Shown piece by piece: positions 1 through 9,599 of a DNA stretch of 64,000 bases. A program made the translations under genes and the position numbers. Numbering within the stretch: position 1 is the stretch's first letter; each line of letters begins with the position of its first letter. Origin of the DNA: Clostridia bacterium. GTDB taxonomy: Bacteria; Bacillota; Clostridia; UMGS1840. The stretch lies in NCBI GenBank assembly GCA_045631485.1, contig JAZQUU010000022.1:11298-75297 (forward strand). The letters run 5' to 3'. Below the pieces are notes generated by a model. It did not search any database. It saw only the letters and a list, made by a program, of their open reading frames with translations, and was not told where the DNA came from.

Positions 1-118
1 TTAAATCGCAGGCTGCAACAATTGCTCCGCATTCTGCAAAACTTTTCACCATTGCTCTGCCCAAGCCGCCTGCGGCACCTGTTACCACAACCACTTTTTT
101 ATCGTAACTGATAATCAT
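1..118 (-). CDS. Short-chain dehydrogenase/reductase, N-terminal fragment (gene runs off the window start)
   Basis: Own translation of the minus strand from ATG at 116-118 gives MIISYDKKVVVVTGAAGGLGRAMVKSFAECGAIVAACDL. It carries the TGxxxGxG Rossmann motif. Absent from the ORF track because it is truncated. Confidence 0.6.
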   Translation of the reverse strand, partial: MIISYDKKVVVVTGAAGGLGRAMVKSFAECGAIVAACDL

Positions 119-259
119 ATATGTACTCCTTTTTTTAATAATAAATATTCTTCTTATATTATAGCAATCGTCAAAATAAATAGATAGTTTATATTCGTCA
201 AAAAATAGGTAATTTTGCGCAAATTATTTTCTTAGACATACGAAAATAACCGATTATTA

Positions 260-288
260 TTGACATTAAAAAAATAATATGCTATTTT
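260..288 (+). promoter_or_regulatory. Candidate sigma-A promoter for the first AraC regulator
   Basis: TTGACA (260-265), 17-nt spacer, then TGcTATTTT extended -10-like element (280-288), about 40 nt upstream of the ATG at 328. Confidence 0.35.
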
Positions 289-327
289 AAATGCAAGCTA
301 TGATGAATTGTAAGGATGTGAAAGTGC

Positions 328-1155
328 ATGCATACCCTCAAAAAAGAAGTGAATTTTTCCCCGTCTTCCGCTTTTGAAATATGGGTGGAACATATTGATA
401 TTCCCTATTTTACCCAGCAGGATGAATTTCCTTTGCATATTCATAACACTCTGGAGATTTACTTTAACCTAAGCGGAAAGGTTTCCTTTATGGTGGAAAA
501 TCACACCTATCCCATTTCAAGAGGGAGCTTAATTATCACAAAACCGTTTGAATATCACCATTGTATCTGCCACGATAACAAAGAACACGAGCATTATTGC
601 ATCCGCATTTCCAATTGCGAAAGCAACGAACTTTTAACACCGTTTTTGCAACGGGAAAAAGGGGAAAATAATCATATCGGATTAAGTGAGGAACAAACCA
701 TATCTTTAAAAAAACATCTGGATATTCTCTTAAATATGGAAAACTGCTCCTCCTTGGATAAATATTATCATTTCATCCGAATTCTGCAGATTATTCAGAA
801 CAACACCACTACTTTGGAATCCGACTATTCCGATAATATGCCACCCAATCTGCGAAAAGTTTTAAATATGATTGCGGAGCAATATGCAACTCATATCACG
901 GTGGCATCCCTGGCAGCCGATGTGTTTGTCAGCGTGGGAACACTGGAGCGGCAATTTAAGAAATACCTAAACATCTCACCCACCGAATATATCAAGAGAA
1001 AACGGTTATCCGAAGCGATGCATTTATTAAACAAAGGGGTTTCGGTTTCTCAGGCGGCATATCAATGCGGCTTCCCCGATGCATCAAACTTTATTAAGGT
1101 TTTTAAGAAAAATTTCGGACAGACACCCTACCAATATATGAAGATAATGAAATAG
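328..1155 (+). CDS. AraC-family transcriptional regulator (cupin-like N-domain plus C-terminal HTH)
   Basis: 275-aa ORF. The C-terminus VASLAADVFVSVGTLERQFKKYLNISPTEYIKRKRLSEAMHLL...GFPDASNFIKVFKKNFGQTPYQY is a typical AraC dual HTH. Paralogous to the ORF at 10891-11724. Confidence 0.85.
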   Translation: MHTLKKEVNFSPSSAFEIWVEHIDIPYFTQQDEFPLHIHNTLEIYFNLSGKVSFMVENHTYPISRGSLIITKPFEYHHCICHDNKEHEHYCIRISNCESNELLTPFLQREKGENNHIGLSEEQTISLKKHLDILLNMENCSSLDKYYHFIRILQIIQNNTTTLESDYSDNMPPNLRKVLNMIAEQYATHITVASLAADVFVSVGTLERQFKKYLNISPTEYIKRKRLSEAMHLLNKGVSVSQAAYQCGFPDASNFIKVFKKNFGQTPYQYMKIMK

Positions 1156-1184
1156 CGGTAAGCATTGCTTACCGCTATTTTTTT
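1154..1184. terminator. Intrinsic terminator, usable from both strands
   Basis: AGCGGTAAGC-att-GCTTACCGCT (10-bp stem) followed by ATTTTTTT. It sits between two convergent genes. Confidence 0.7.
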
Positions 1185-1193
1185 CGTATTTAA

Positions 1194-2129
1194 TTATGCA
1201 AGCATTTGCGAAATTGCCACAATCACGGGCATTGTAATCAACGAGAATAAAGTGGTTAAAGACACCAACTGAACCGATAAAATGGTATCCGCGCCGAATT
1301 TTTCGGAGAACATGGTCGTCATTGCCGCTACGGGAGCACTCAGTGAAATCACCATAGAGGTAAGCATCGCTCCCCTGACACCGCATACATACATCAAACC
1401 AAGTGCCAAAAGCGGGAATAATACCAAACGAACTCCTGCGCAGAGATAACTGTTTTTGTCTTTTAAGGTCTTAACCAGATTGGTTTCTGCCAGATAATAC
1501 CCTACCACAATCATGGGAAGGGGTGTGTTTAAATTGGAAATATGAGTCAGGGTGGCGGTAATAAAGCTGGGAAGCGGACAAGAGGTAACAAATAAAATCA
1601 TCCCCACCACAACCCCGATAATTCCGGGAGAAAACAGAATCTTTTTCACGGTGATTTTGGATTTATCTCCGGTCATCATACAAACACCCAGGCTCCAGGC
1701 AAAGATATTGAACATCACCAAATAAGCCGCACCGAAGAACACACCATCAGGCCCCAATAGAGCCTCCTGCAAAGGAAGTGCAATAAATCCCGCATTGGAA
1801 AAAATTGCCCCAAACTGAAGCACTCGTCTTCTCTGTTCATCCTTATCCCGAATCAGGCAAACCGCCAATAAATACATCACTGCGTGAGCTGCTGCCGCAA
1901 TCAACAAAGCCAAGAGCAGCATTTTTAACATATTGGGATTAAATTCTCTTAAAAAGGATTTGATGATCACGCAAGGTGCCACCACAATAACCACAAGGTC
2001 CGAAATCCGCTTGTTTGCCTCTTTGGTCAACATTTTTCCTTTGTTACACAAAAAGCCGGTTGCAATCAATAAAAAGAGGACTAATACCTGCTCTCCCACT
2101 GTGAGAAAATTCGCTAAAAAACTTGCCAT
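1194..2129 (-). CDS. AEC (auxin efflux carrier) family membrane transporter
   Basis: 311-aa polytopic hydrophobic ORF whose N-terminus and overall layout resemble the AEC/membrane transport protein family. Confidence 0.7.
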   Translation of the reverse strand: MASFLANFLTVGEQVLVLFLLIATGFLCNKGKMLTKEANKRISDLVVIVVAPCVIIKSFLREFNPNMLKMLLLALLIAAAAHAVMYLLAVCLIRDKDEQRRRVLQFGAIFSNAGFIALPLQEALLGPDGVFFGAAYLVMFNIFAWSLGVCMMTGDKSKITVKKILFSPGIIGVVVGMILFVTSCPLPSFITATLTHISNLNTPLPMIVVGYYLAETNLVKTLKDKNSYLCAGVRLVLFPLLALGLMYVCGVRGAMLTSMVISLSAPVAAMTTMFSEKFGADTILSVQLVSLTTLFSLITMPVIVAISQMLA

Positions 2130-2143
2130 TTTTGATTCTCCTG

Positions 2144-3055
2144 TTATTTCACATCATAGGAAACATCAACACGGTAGGTTTCGCCTGCTTTGATGATAAA
2201 CTCGCATCCTTGATTCCTGGCATTCACCGGAGAATCATAGGGAGCACTGCAGGGTTCCAACGCCACATTATACATTTCCTTAAATTTACCGTTATTCATC
2301 CATACGCCCAAATAAGGCATAGCTTTACTATTATAAGACAACATTACGGTTTTGTCAAGAACAGGATTAAAATATCCGCATTGATTTTTCATTTTTTTGC
2401 CACATAAATAATATTTATAGGCATTTGCGTCTTTAGAATATCGGTCGGATGTGAGCATTTTATCAGAAAGCTTCACCCTATCCCAGGGATGACCGAATTC
2501 TTTGTCTTCATCAAACATCACGGTGACTTCATCGCAATCCTCAAAGGTTACAACTTTGCCCCCTTCTTCTGCACGAAACATACAATGAAGCCCGAAAATA
2601 CAAGGAAAATCCGCATCGGTCTGATTGGTGATTTCATAGGAGGTGGTCAGTTCTCCGTTTTCACCGCAGGATACGGTTTTTACGAATCTGTATCCGAATT
2701 TTTTGGAGCTAAAACTCATAACAAGTTTGTTATCGCAAATCTGATAATCGTGCTTTACCCTTAGGGTTTCCCCGTGGCAGGGGTATTCGATATTATTTGC
2801 AAAGCCCGTTTTGCAAGGGTCAATGGTGGGAAACAGATCATCTGCCGCCGAAACCTCTTGCTCCACATAATTGCTAGTTTCACTTTGGGGAAGATAGATG
2901 GGATTTTCATCCTGAGCAAAGAGCTCGTAATTTTTTGGTTTATACACCAAAGAAACCAATTTTGCACCGTGTTCGGGCAGAAAAATCGCACGAAGAGTTT
3001 CGGTTTCCGCACAGATGCCGCTGATATTTTTAAAGGTTGTTTCAAATATATTCAT
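2144..3055 (-). CDS. Aldose 1-epimerase-like (galactose mutarotase superfamily) protein
   Basis: 303-aa soluble ORF with beta-rich composition and an ...ALEPCSAPYDSPVNA... segment resembling mutarotase-fold proteins. Sits in a sugar-gene context. Confidence 0.45.
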   Translation of the reverse strand: MNIFETTFKNISGICAETETLRAIFLPEHGAKLVSLVYKPKNYELFAQDENPIYLPQSETSNYVEQEVSAADDLFPTIDPCKTGFANNIEYPCHGETLRVKHDYQICDNKLVMSFSSKKFGYRFVKTVSCGENGELTTSYEITNQTDADFPCIFGLHCMFRAEEGGKVVTFEDCDEVTVMFDEDKEFGHPWDRVKLSDKMLTSDRYSKDANAYKYYLCGKKMKNQCGYFNPVLDKTVMLSYNSKAMPYLGVWMNNGKFKEMYNVALEPCSAPYDSPVNARNQGCEFIIKAGETYRVDVSYDVK

Positions 3056-3060
3056 TGCAA

Positions 3061-4101
3061 TTACTCACCGCATTCCAACAGAATTTTAATGGCTTCCCCT
3101 TTTTCCAACTGAGAAAAAGCGTCTTCCCATTCTTCCATTTTCATCACTTTTGCCATTTCTTCCACTTGCACCATACCGTTTTCCATCATTCTGAGTGCTA
3201 TTTCCCAACCGTTGTAGCTGGAGCTCATATTAAACTGCACGGTGATGGCTTTTTTCATTGCAATATCCCAGGGGATTGAAATACTGTCTTTCCCGGTCAA
3301 ACCGATAGCACAAACAGTACCCGCTTTTTTGATAACCTTAAGCGCATTCACGATGGCAGGAGTTGCACCGGCAGCTTCCACCACCACATCGGCACCTCTG
3401 CCCCCGGTCATTTCGTTGATGATTGCAACGATGTCTTCTTGTTCCACATTCACAAATTTATCGCAACAGTTGGTCTTTTTGGCATAATCCAGACGGATTC
3501 CCATATCACGGGTGCATCCGCACATCACAATCTGCCCTGCACCTGCCGCTCTTGCCATCTGTGCCGCAATAATGGCGATGGCACCCATCCCCATAATCAC
3601 CACAATATCACCGGGAGTGATACCGCATTTTTCCAATAGCTGATGCGCAACGATAGCACAAGGCTCTGCAACCGCCGCAGACTTTAAGGAAATCTTATCA
3701 GACACTTTATGCAAAAGATTCTCGGGCATACAAAGATACGCCGCAAAGGCACCGTCAATCCCCCATCCGATAGAACGCTTACTGTCGCAAATCTGAATTT
3801 TTCCGTTTCGACACAGGTGACATTTTCCGCAAGCTAAATTGTGAGGTTCCCCCACAACTCTGTCCCCTTTTTGGTAACCGGTAACACCTGCGCCCACTTC
3901 TTCCACAACGCCTGAAAATTCGTGCCCCATAATCACAGGAGGCCAATAAGGAAATTCATCGTGCAGAATATGGATATCTGTTCCGCAGATGCCGGTATAT
4001 GCAACTTTGATTAACACTTCATTTGCTTTGGGGACGGGCTTGTCGCATTCTAAAATTTCCACAAAGCCTTTTCCTTTTTCTTTTTTTACCAATGCTTTCA
4101 T
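3061..4101 (-). CDS. Zn-dependent alcohol/polyol dehydrogenase (MDR family, sorbitol/threonine dehydrogenase-like)
   Basis: Carries GHEFSGVV and CGKCHLCRNG zinc motifs and a GMGAIAIIA Rossmann motif. 346 aa. Confidence 0.85.
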   Translation of the reverse strand: MKALVKKEKGKGFVEILECDKPVPKANEVLIKVAYTGICGTDIHILHDEFPYWPPVIMGHEFSGVVEEVGAGVTGYQKGDRVVGEPHNLACGKCHLCRNGKIQICDSKRSIGWGIDGAFAAYLCMPENLLHKVSDKISLKSAAVAEPCAIVAHQLLEKCGITPGDIVVIMGMGAIAIIAAQMARAAGAGQIVMCGCTRDMGIRLDYAKKTNCCDKFVNVEQEDIVAIINEMTGGRGADVVVEAAGATPAIVNALKVIKKAGTVCAIGLTGKDSISIPWDIAMKKAITVQFNMSSSYNGWEIALRMMENGMVQVEEMAKVMKMEEWEDAFSQLEKGEAIKILLECGE

Positions 4102-4228
4102 AATCGCACCTCATATTTGTAAGAAATTTTGTTGTATATTACCATTTTATCATATCATACCCAAAAATTATAGGTAATTTTATGCAGATAATATGTTGAT
4201 TTCGTCAAATTCTGCCATCAAAGAACAA

Positions 4229-4270
4229 ACAAAAAAGGCAATCACCGTTTTCTTCGGTAATTGCCTTTTT
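4229..4270 (-). terminator. Intrinsic terminator splitting the sugar cluster into two transcription units
   Basis: Minus strand reads AAAAAGGCAATTACCG-aagaaaa-CGGTGATTGCCTTTTTT, directly after the stop of the 4299-5327 gene. Confidence 0.65.
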
Positions 4271-4298
4271 GCATCTTGATAAATCCCTTACTAAAAAA

Positions 4299-5327
4299 TT
4301 AGTCGTTCACATCAATAACCACTTTAAAGGTTTTTTCTTTTCTCTTATCAATCATATCGAGAACCGCAGGAATATCTTCTAATTTAAAACGGTGAGAAAT
4401 CATACCTTTGGTGGTCACCTTGCCTTTGCTCATCAAATCAATCATTTCCATATAGTCGGTGGGAACATACATGGTAGTTCCGAACAGAGAAAGCTCGTGC
4501 TGAACAAAGTCGGGCAGAAGCGGAACGATGTATTCGTTCTGCAGAACCCCGATAATTACGATTCGGGAGCCTCTGTGCGCGATTTTTAAGATATTGTTCA
4601 TTACGATACCTTTTTCGCCCACACAATCATAATAAACGGTGATTTTTTCTGCACCTAAGCGTTTTAACCCTTCGTCCAGGCTTTCTTTGGAGCAGTCAAT
4701 CACGCCGGTTGCGCCAAGGCTCTTAGCAATTTCCAAGCGTTCTGCATCCATATCTGCAATATAAACCGCTTTTGCACCTAATGCAAAGCAGCTCTGCAGA
4801 CAGAACACGCCGATGGGGCCTGCACCCACAATTAACACCACATCATCGGGAGTTAAACTTGCTCTTTTTGCACCGTGATAAGCCACGCAAGCAGGTTCCA
4901 CCAAAGCGGCATCATCAATATTCATTTCATCGGGAATGGCGATTGCCATTTCGGAAGGAATGCAGAAATAGTCACACATTGCGCCGTCTGCTTCTGCACC
5001 GGTGCAACGAAGAGATTCACAGAAATTGTAAATCTTCTTTTCGCACATATCGCATTCTTTACATACCAAATGCGGAATTACGGTAACCCGTTCTCCAATA
5101 CGGCTTTCTGATACCCCTTCGCCCACACTGTCAACCACGCCGGAAATTTCGTGACCGGGAACCAACGGATAAGAAACATAGGGATGCAGTCCTCTGTAAA
5201 TGGTGGGGTCAGAACCGCAGATACCGATTCTTTTTACCTTAAGGCAAACTTCGCCGGGAGCGGGAGTGGGTTTCTCTGCTTCCACCAAGCTCATTTTATA
5301 GGGTGCTTCCAATACGATTTTTCTCAT
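4299..5327 (-). CDS. Zn-dependent alcohol/polyol dehydrogenase (MDR family), second copy
   Basis: Carries GHEISGVV, CKECDMCEKK and GAGPIGVF motifs. 342 aa. Confidence 0.85.
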   Translation of the reverse strand: MRKIVLEAPYKMSLVEAEKPTPAPGEVCLKVKRIGICGSDPTIYRGLHPYVSYPLVPGHEISGVVDSVGEGVSESRIGERVTVIPHLVCKECDMCEKKIYNFCESLRCTGAEADGAMCDYFCIPSEMAIAIPDEMNIDDAALVEPACVAYHGAKRASLTPDDVVLIVGAGPIGVFCLQSCFALGAKAVYIADMDAERLEIAKSLGATGVIDCSKESLDEGLKRLGAEKITVYYDCVGEKGIVMNNILKIAHRGSRIVIIGVLQNEYIVPLLPDFVQHELSLFGTTMYVPTDYMEMIDLMSKGKVTTKGMISHRFKLEDIPAVLDMIDKRKEKTFKVVIDVND

Positions 5328-5329
5328 TT

Positions 5330-6751
5330 TTACGCACCTCTTACTGCTTCAATGCCTAGGAATTTACAGAACATTGCCAACGCATCGGCAACCTTGGGAT
5401 CGTGAATTAAAACGCCGTGATGGATTACGCCAACATCAATCATTTTCTGTTCCCAATCTGCCACATCGTTTACTTTAATCCAAGCATAAGCACCACGGGT
5501 CATAGGACCGATGTCAACTGCTTCGCCGGTACCGTAGAAGATGGAGAATTTGCCGCCGTATTCCACCATACGAGCACAGGTCACGGGGCCGTCTTTCATA
5601 CGAAATTCCATAGCACCGTGGCAAGTGGGGCTCCAAAGACCTAATCTTTCGTTCATCATTAAGTGCTTTTGGCTGTTAGAAGCACACAGTTCACAAGCAG
5701 CGTTACCGCAATGCCAAGCCAACCAAACATTGGGTTCAGTGGGATGTAAGTCAGTCCAGTCAATAAAGTCTGCAGGAGTCTGCCCCAATGCACAACCGTT
5801 TAAGATATGCATAGTGATTGCACCCATGGTATCCACTTCACAACCAACGGAGTAACCCTGAGAGTTCAGACGGGAGAAGGTGGAGCAAGCTGCGATATTG
5901 TATTTATGCTGAAGAGTTTCCCAACAACTGGAAGCGATGATTTTACACTGATTTTCTTCTGCCAAGTGGATTAAAGTCAGCTCAAATCTTGCCTGATTGA
6001 TGATAGCATTGGGGATTTCGTCGGATAACATATCTGCACCGTCACGAATTTCCTGAGCCACTCTTAACACTTCGGGATCATCCATTGCCAGAGAATCCAT
6101 ATATTCATAAGCGGTTGCCAGGTCAACGGGGCAAACGGTCTGGGCGAATTTGTTCATTAAATCTTCTTCACTGTAGAACTGAGATTCAAATTTGGTGGGT
6201 CTTACGCCAACCTGCAGGATTCTTGCACCCACAAAGTTCTGAATGGCATTACAAGCTCTGGTGAAGCTTTCCACTTTTTCGGAGAAGATTGCATCTTCGG
6301 GGTTGCAGGTGATGATATGTTCAAAAGTGAATCCGCGGCGTTTTAATGCGGAGCAGGTCATAAACTGACCGCACCAGGTATCGGTTGCACGGTTACCGAA
6401 TTCGGAATAAGGGCCGCTCTTGGTTGCAAAATGAAGCACGGGCATATCTCTTCTCATTTTGGACATTAATGCACTTACTGCGATTTCCAAGCCGAAGTTC
6501 ATATTACCGATGATGATACCCTGCACATTTTCTTTTAAGAATAATTCTGCAGTTTTTAAGCCTTCTTCCACGGTGCCAACGCATCCGTCTTCGGTTAATT
6601 CTTCTGAAGGAACAACGATTTCCAAGCCGGGAATATTTTTGAATGCTTCTAAGCAACGGGCACGCATTTTGCCTGCCAATTTGCCGGTGTACTGGTTACC
6701 GTCCCAGGATTCCCAGGTAGAGGGTACAAAGCCGATTTTTACTGTTTGCAT
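5330..6751 (-). CDS. L-fucose/L-arabinose isomerase-family sugar isomerase
   Basis: 473-aa ORF. The N-terminal MQTVKIGFVPS... and overall length resemble the FucI/AraA-like isomerase family. Tightly packed in the operon. Confidence 0.6.
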   Translation of the reverse strand: MQTVKIGFVPSTWESWDGNQYTGKLAGKMRARCLEAFKNIPGLEIVVPSEELTEDGCVGTVEEGLKTAELFLKENVQGIIIGNMNFGLEIAVSALMSKMRRDMPVLHFATKSGPYSEFGNRATDTWCGQFMTCSALKRRGFTFEHIITCNPEDAIFSEKVESFTRACNAIQNFVGARILQVGVRPTKFESQFYSEEDLMNKFAQTVCPVDLATAYEYMDSLAMDDPEVLRVAQEIRDGADMLSDEIPNAIINQARFELTLIHLAEENQCKIIASSCWETLQHKYNIAACSTFSRLNSQGYSVGCEVDTMGAITMHILNGCALGQTPADFIDWTDLHPTEPNVWLAWHCGNAACELCASNSQKHLMMNERLGLWSPTCHGAMEFRMKDGPVTCARMVEYGGKFSIFYGTGEAVDIGPMTRGAYAWIKVNDVADWEQKMIDVGVIHHGVLIHDPKVADALAMFCKFLGIEAVRGA

Positions 6752-6766
6752 GATTCTAGTCTCCTT

Positions 6767-8557
6767 TTATTTCAAATTTAATTTTACAATGTTTTTTAAG
6801 CTTTCCACATCCAAGCCCTGCTCTTTATATAGATTATCGGGAGTTGTGGAAGAACCATATTGATAAACCCCTAAGGTTTTTAACTTGCAAGCGGTACCGC
6901 AGAGGATTCTCGCCACTTCCCCGCTGATACCGGTTTTCACGTTGTGGTCTTCATAGGTAATGACCAACCCTGTTTTTGAAGCTTCCAAAATGGCATCCGT
7001 ATCCAAATCACAGGGGGTGGAACAGTTTAGTACGCTCACCCCGATACCATCCTTTTGCAATTCATCTGCAGCCTGCACCGCTCTGTGTGCCATATTGCCG
7101 TAGGTGATGATAGTTGCCTGATTGCCTTTTCTTAACCATTGTCCCTTTTGGTAGGTAAAGGTAAGAGGTTCTCCGTTGGCATCGGTTAAAACAGGCATTT
7201 TGGAACGTCCGCCGATAACCGCTACGGGATACGGAACGCTCATTGCATAGCGCACCGCACCGTCTGCTTCGTTGGCATCTGCGGGAACAATCACTCGAAA
7301 GCCGTGCAGATTGCCGAGTAAACTGATATAATCAATCGCCTGATGGGTTTTTCCGTCTTCACCAACATCCAACCCTGCGTGAGTACAAAACAGTTTGAAC
7401 GGTGCTTTATTGATGTCTGCCATACGATTCTGACTGTATGTTTCTGCAATATTAAACATAGAGAAGTCTGCATGAACGGCTATCATTCCCGATTTTGCAA
7501 CTGCTGCGGAAGCGGTTGCCGCATTATGCTCTGCAATGCCGCATTCAATAAAGCAATCGGGACGAAGTTTTTTGAAGTCCGTGAGCTTCACGGAACCCTC
7601 TAAATCACAGTCAAATGCCGCTATGGGAACATCGGGATTTTCTTTTGCAATATCTGCCAAAGCATTTCCCATTGCAGAACGGATATCGGATGCTCCTTCG
7701 TAGATTCTGCCTTTTTCAACGGGAATCACGGGAATCTCATATTTTTTGATATTTGTTTTTTTAATTTTTTTAATATTTTGTAATTTGGTTAATTCTTCTT
7801 CGCAAACCGAAAATCTTGCCATAGCAGTTTCGGCAAGGTCTTTGGAAATTAAGGTGCCGTGAAAATGCCAGTCATCCTCAATTTCGGGGATCCCTTTTCC
7901 CATTACCGTCTTTGCTAAAATACAAAGAGGTTTTTTGGTATCTGCTCTGAGGGCTTTTTCAAGCTCTTCAAAATTGTGACCGTCAACCGTCACCACATCC
8001 CAACCGGACATTTTGTATTTATCCGAAAGTTGTTGGTCGGTGGTGGCATCCACGGTGCCGCAAGCTTGTTGATTGTTATCATCCACAATGGCAACAAGGT
8101 TGCAAAGACCGTGTTTTAGTGCAAATTCTCTTGCTTCCTGAAGCTGACCTTTCTGTTGTTCGCCGTCGCCCATCACAACAAATACTCTGCCTGCTTCATT
8201 TTTAAGCTTTTTGGCAAGGGCAAATCCGGCACCAACCGAAAGGCCCTGCCCCAAACTTCCGCTGCACCATTCCACACCGTTTACGGCAAGAGACGGATGC
8301 CCTTCATAAGGAGCGTTTCTGCGGAAATTTGCAATCGCATCTTTCACATCAAAGTAATCAAAGTTACCAAGTGCGGCATAAAGTGCCGCCGAGGTGTGAC
8401 CGTGGCTTACAACCAAACGGTCATTCTCATTCATTTCGTTTAATATCGCTATGTAGATATCAATGGAAGACATTGCGCCGCCGATATGACCGCTTCCTGC
8501 CCCCATAATCATTTCCACAATATCTTTGCGACATTTTCGGGAAAGTATGTTAAGCAT
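6767..8557 (-). CDS. Transketolase (fused N- and C-terminal sections of the split type)
   Basis: Carries GSGHIGGAMS and GDGEQQKGQ thiamine-diphosphate motifs, followed by a pyrimidine-binding/C-terminal section (ECGIAEHNAA). 596 aa. Confidence 0.85.
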   Translation of the reverse strand: MLNILSRKCRKDIVEMIMGAGSGHIGGAMSSIDIYIAILNEMNENDRLVVSHGHTSAALYAALGNFDYFDVKDAIANFRRNAPYEGHPSLAVNGVEWCSGSLGQGLSVGAGFALAKKLKNEAGRVFVVMGDGEQQKGQLQEAREFALKHGLCNLVAIVDDNNQQACGTVDATTDQQLSDKYKMSGWDVVTVDGHNFEELEKALRADTKKPLCILAKTVMGKGIPEIEDDWHFHGTLISKDLAETAMARFSVCEEELTKLQNIKKIKKTNIKKYEIPVIPVEKGRIYEGASDIRSAMGNALADIAKENPDVPIAAFDCDLEGSVKLTDFKKLRPDCFIECGIAEHNAATASAAVAKSGMIAVHADFSMFNIAETYSQNRMADINKAPFKLFCTHAGLDVGEDGKTHQAIDYISLLGNLHGFRVIVPADANEADGAVRYAMSVPYPVAVIGGRSKMPVLTDANGEPLTFTYQKGQWLRKGNQATIITYGNMAHRAVQAADELQKDGIGVSVLNCSTPCDLDTDAILEASKTGLVITYEDHNVKTGISGEVARILCGTACKLKTLGVYQYGSSTTPDNLYKEQGLDVESLKNIVKLNLK

Positions 8558-8558
8558 C

Positions 8559-9599
8559 TTACTCCTCCCCGTTATCTAAAATTCGATAAGTGATTTCAAA
8601 AACCTTGCTTTCACCGGGCGCAAGGGTAATCATACTTCCGGTTTCTTTTGCTTTTTGGGTGCCCTGAGGTAATGCGGTGCAGGGTTCCAATCCAAGCACA
8701 TATTCTTTGGTATTTAACATTTTCCATTCATTGAAGTACGGAAGTTGTTCTTTTTTATAAGAAAGCTCAACGCCAAGTCCTAAATCATCGTTTAGCAGTT
8801 TTACGCTGACCTTACCGTCTTTATCAGGATTTAAGTCCACCGAGTAACAACGCTCTGCAATATCCTGCACGGGATTGGTCATTTTGAATGCATCGGAGAG
8901 CTCCAAGATTGCTTCCTCGCTCTGCCCAATCACTTCTTTGGCATCGCATTCCACTTTTGCACCCTCATCCAGTAAGGGATAGCCTAAGTTAATGTGATAT
9001 AACAGCATCATATCCTGCTCTTTTGCACCACGGTTGGTTACAACATCACGAATGGTAAACTCGCTTTTTGCAAATACAGTTTCAATTTCACGGCGGAGAG
9101 TTAAGGATTCTCCGTGAAGAATTCCCTCTTTTACCACGCCGGACACTTTCATTTTGTATTCCCCGTTTTCATAATCCTCAAACAGAGAAACCTGCTCTGC
9201 TGCGGCATTGGAAATTCTGCCGTGAAGACCGTAGGCGCGTTTTCCGATGACGGGATGCTCCACTTCTTCTGGACCGCCCACATTGAGTAAACCGCAAGTG
9301 GTAAGACCGCCTGCAAAAAAGTTATGTAACCAATTCATGCCGTTGCTTTCATAATAAGCGGGAGAAACCACGCCTGTTTTGGACATATAGCTTACGGGAA
9401 CACCACGGTATGAAATCCAGGCAATATCCATTCCTCTGCCGGGAAGCACAGTCAGCTCCAAGCCGGAGCCGGTGCGAATTTCCACCGCTTCCACGCCTTT
9501 GGCTTTGCCTTCCGTAAATTCATATCGGCGAAGACCTGCCACTTGTGACATATCACCGATTTTTTTTGTATCTAAATTTTTATAGTTCCAGTATTTCAT
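8559..9599 (-). CDS. Aldose-epimerase-fold protein (DUF4432-like)
   Basis: 346-aa ORF. The N-terminal region ...AGLRRYEFTEGKAKGVEAVEIRTGSGLELTVLPGRGMDIAW... resembles the DUF4432 family as I recall it. Confidence 0.5.
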   Translation of the reverse strand: MKYWNYKNLDTKKIGDMSQVAGLRRYEFTEGKAKGVEAVEIRTGSGLELTVLPGRGMDIAWISYRGVPVSYMSKTGVVSPAYYESNGMNWLHNFFAGGLTTCGLLNVGGPEEVEHPVIGKRAYGLHGRISNAAAEQVSLFEDYENGEYKMKVSGVVKEGILHGESLTLRREIETVFAKSEFTIRDVVTNRGAKEQDMMLLYHINLGYPLLDEGAKVECDAKEVIGQSEEAILELSDAFKMTNPVQDIAERCYSVDLNPDKDGKVSVKLLNDDLGLGVELSYKKEQLPYFNEWKMLNTKEYVLGLEPCTALPQGTQKAKETGSMITLAPGESKVFEITYRILDNGEE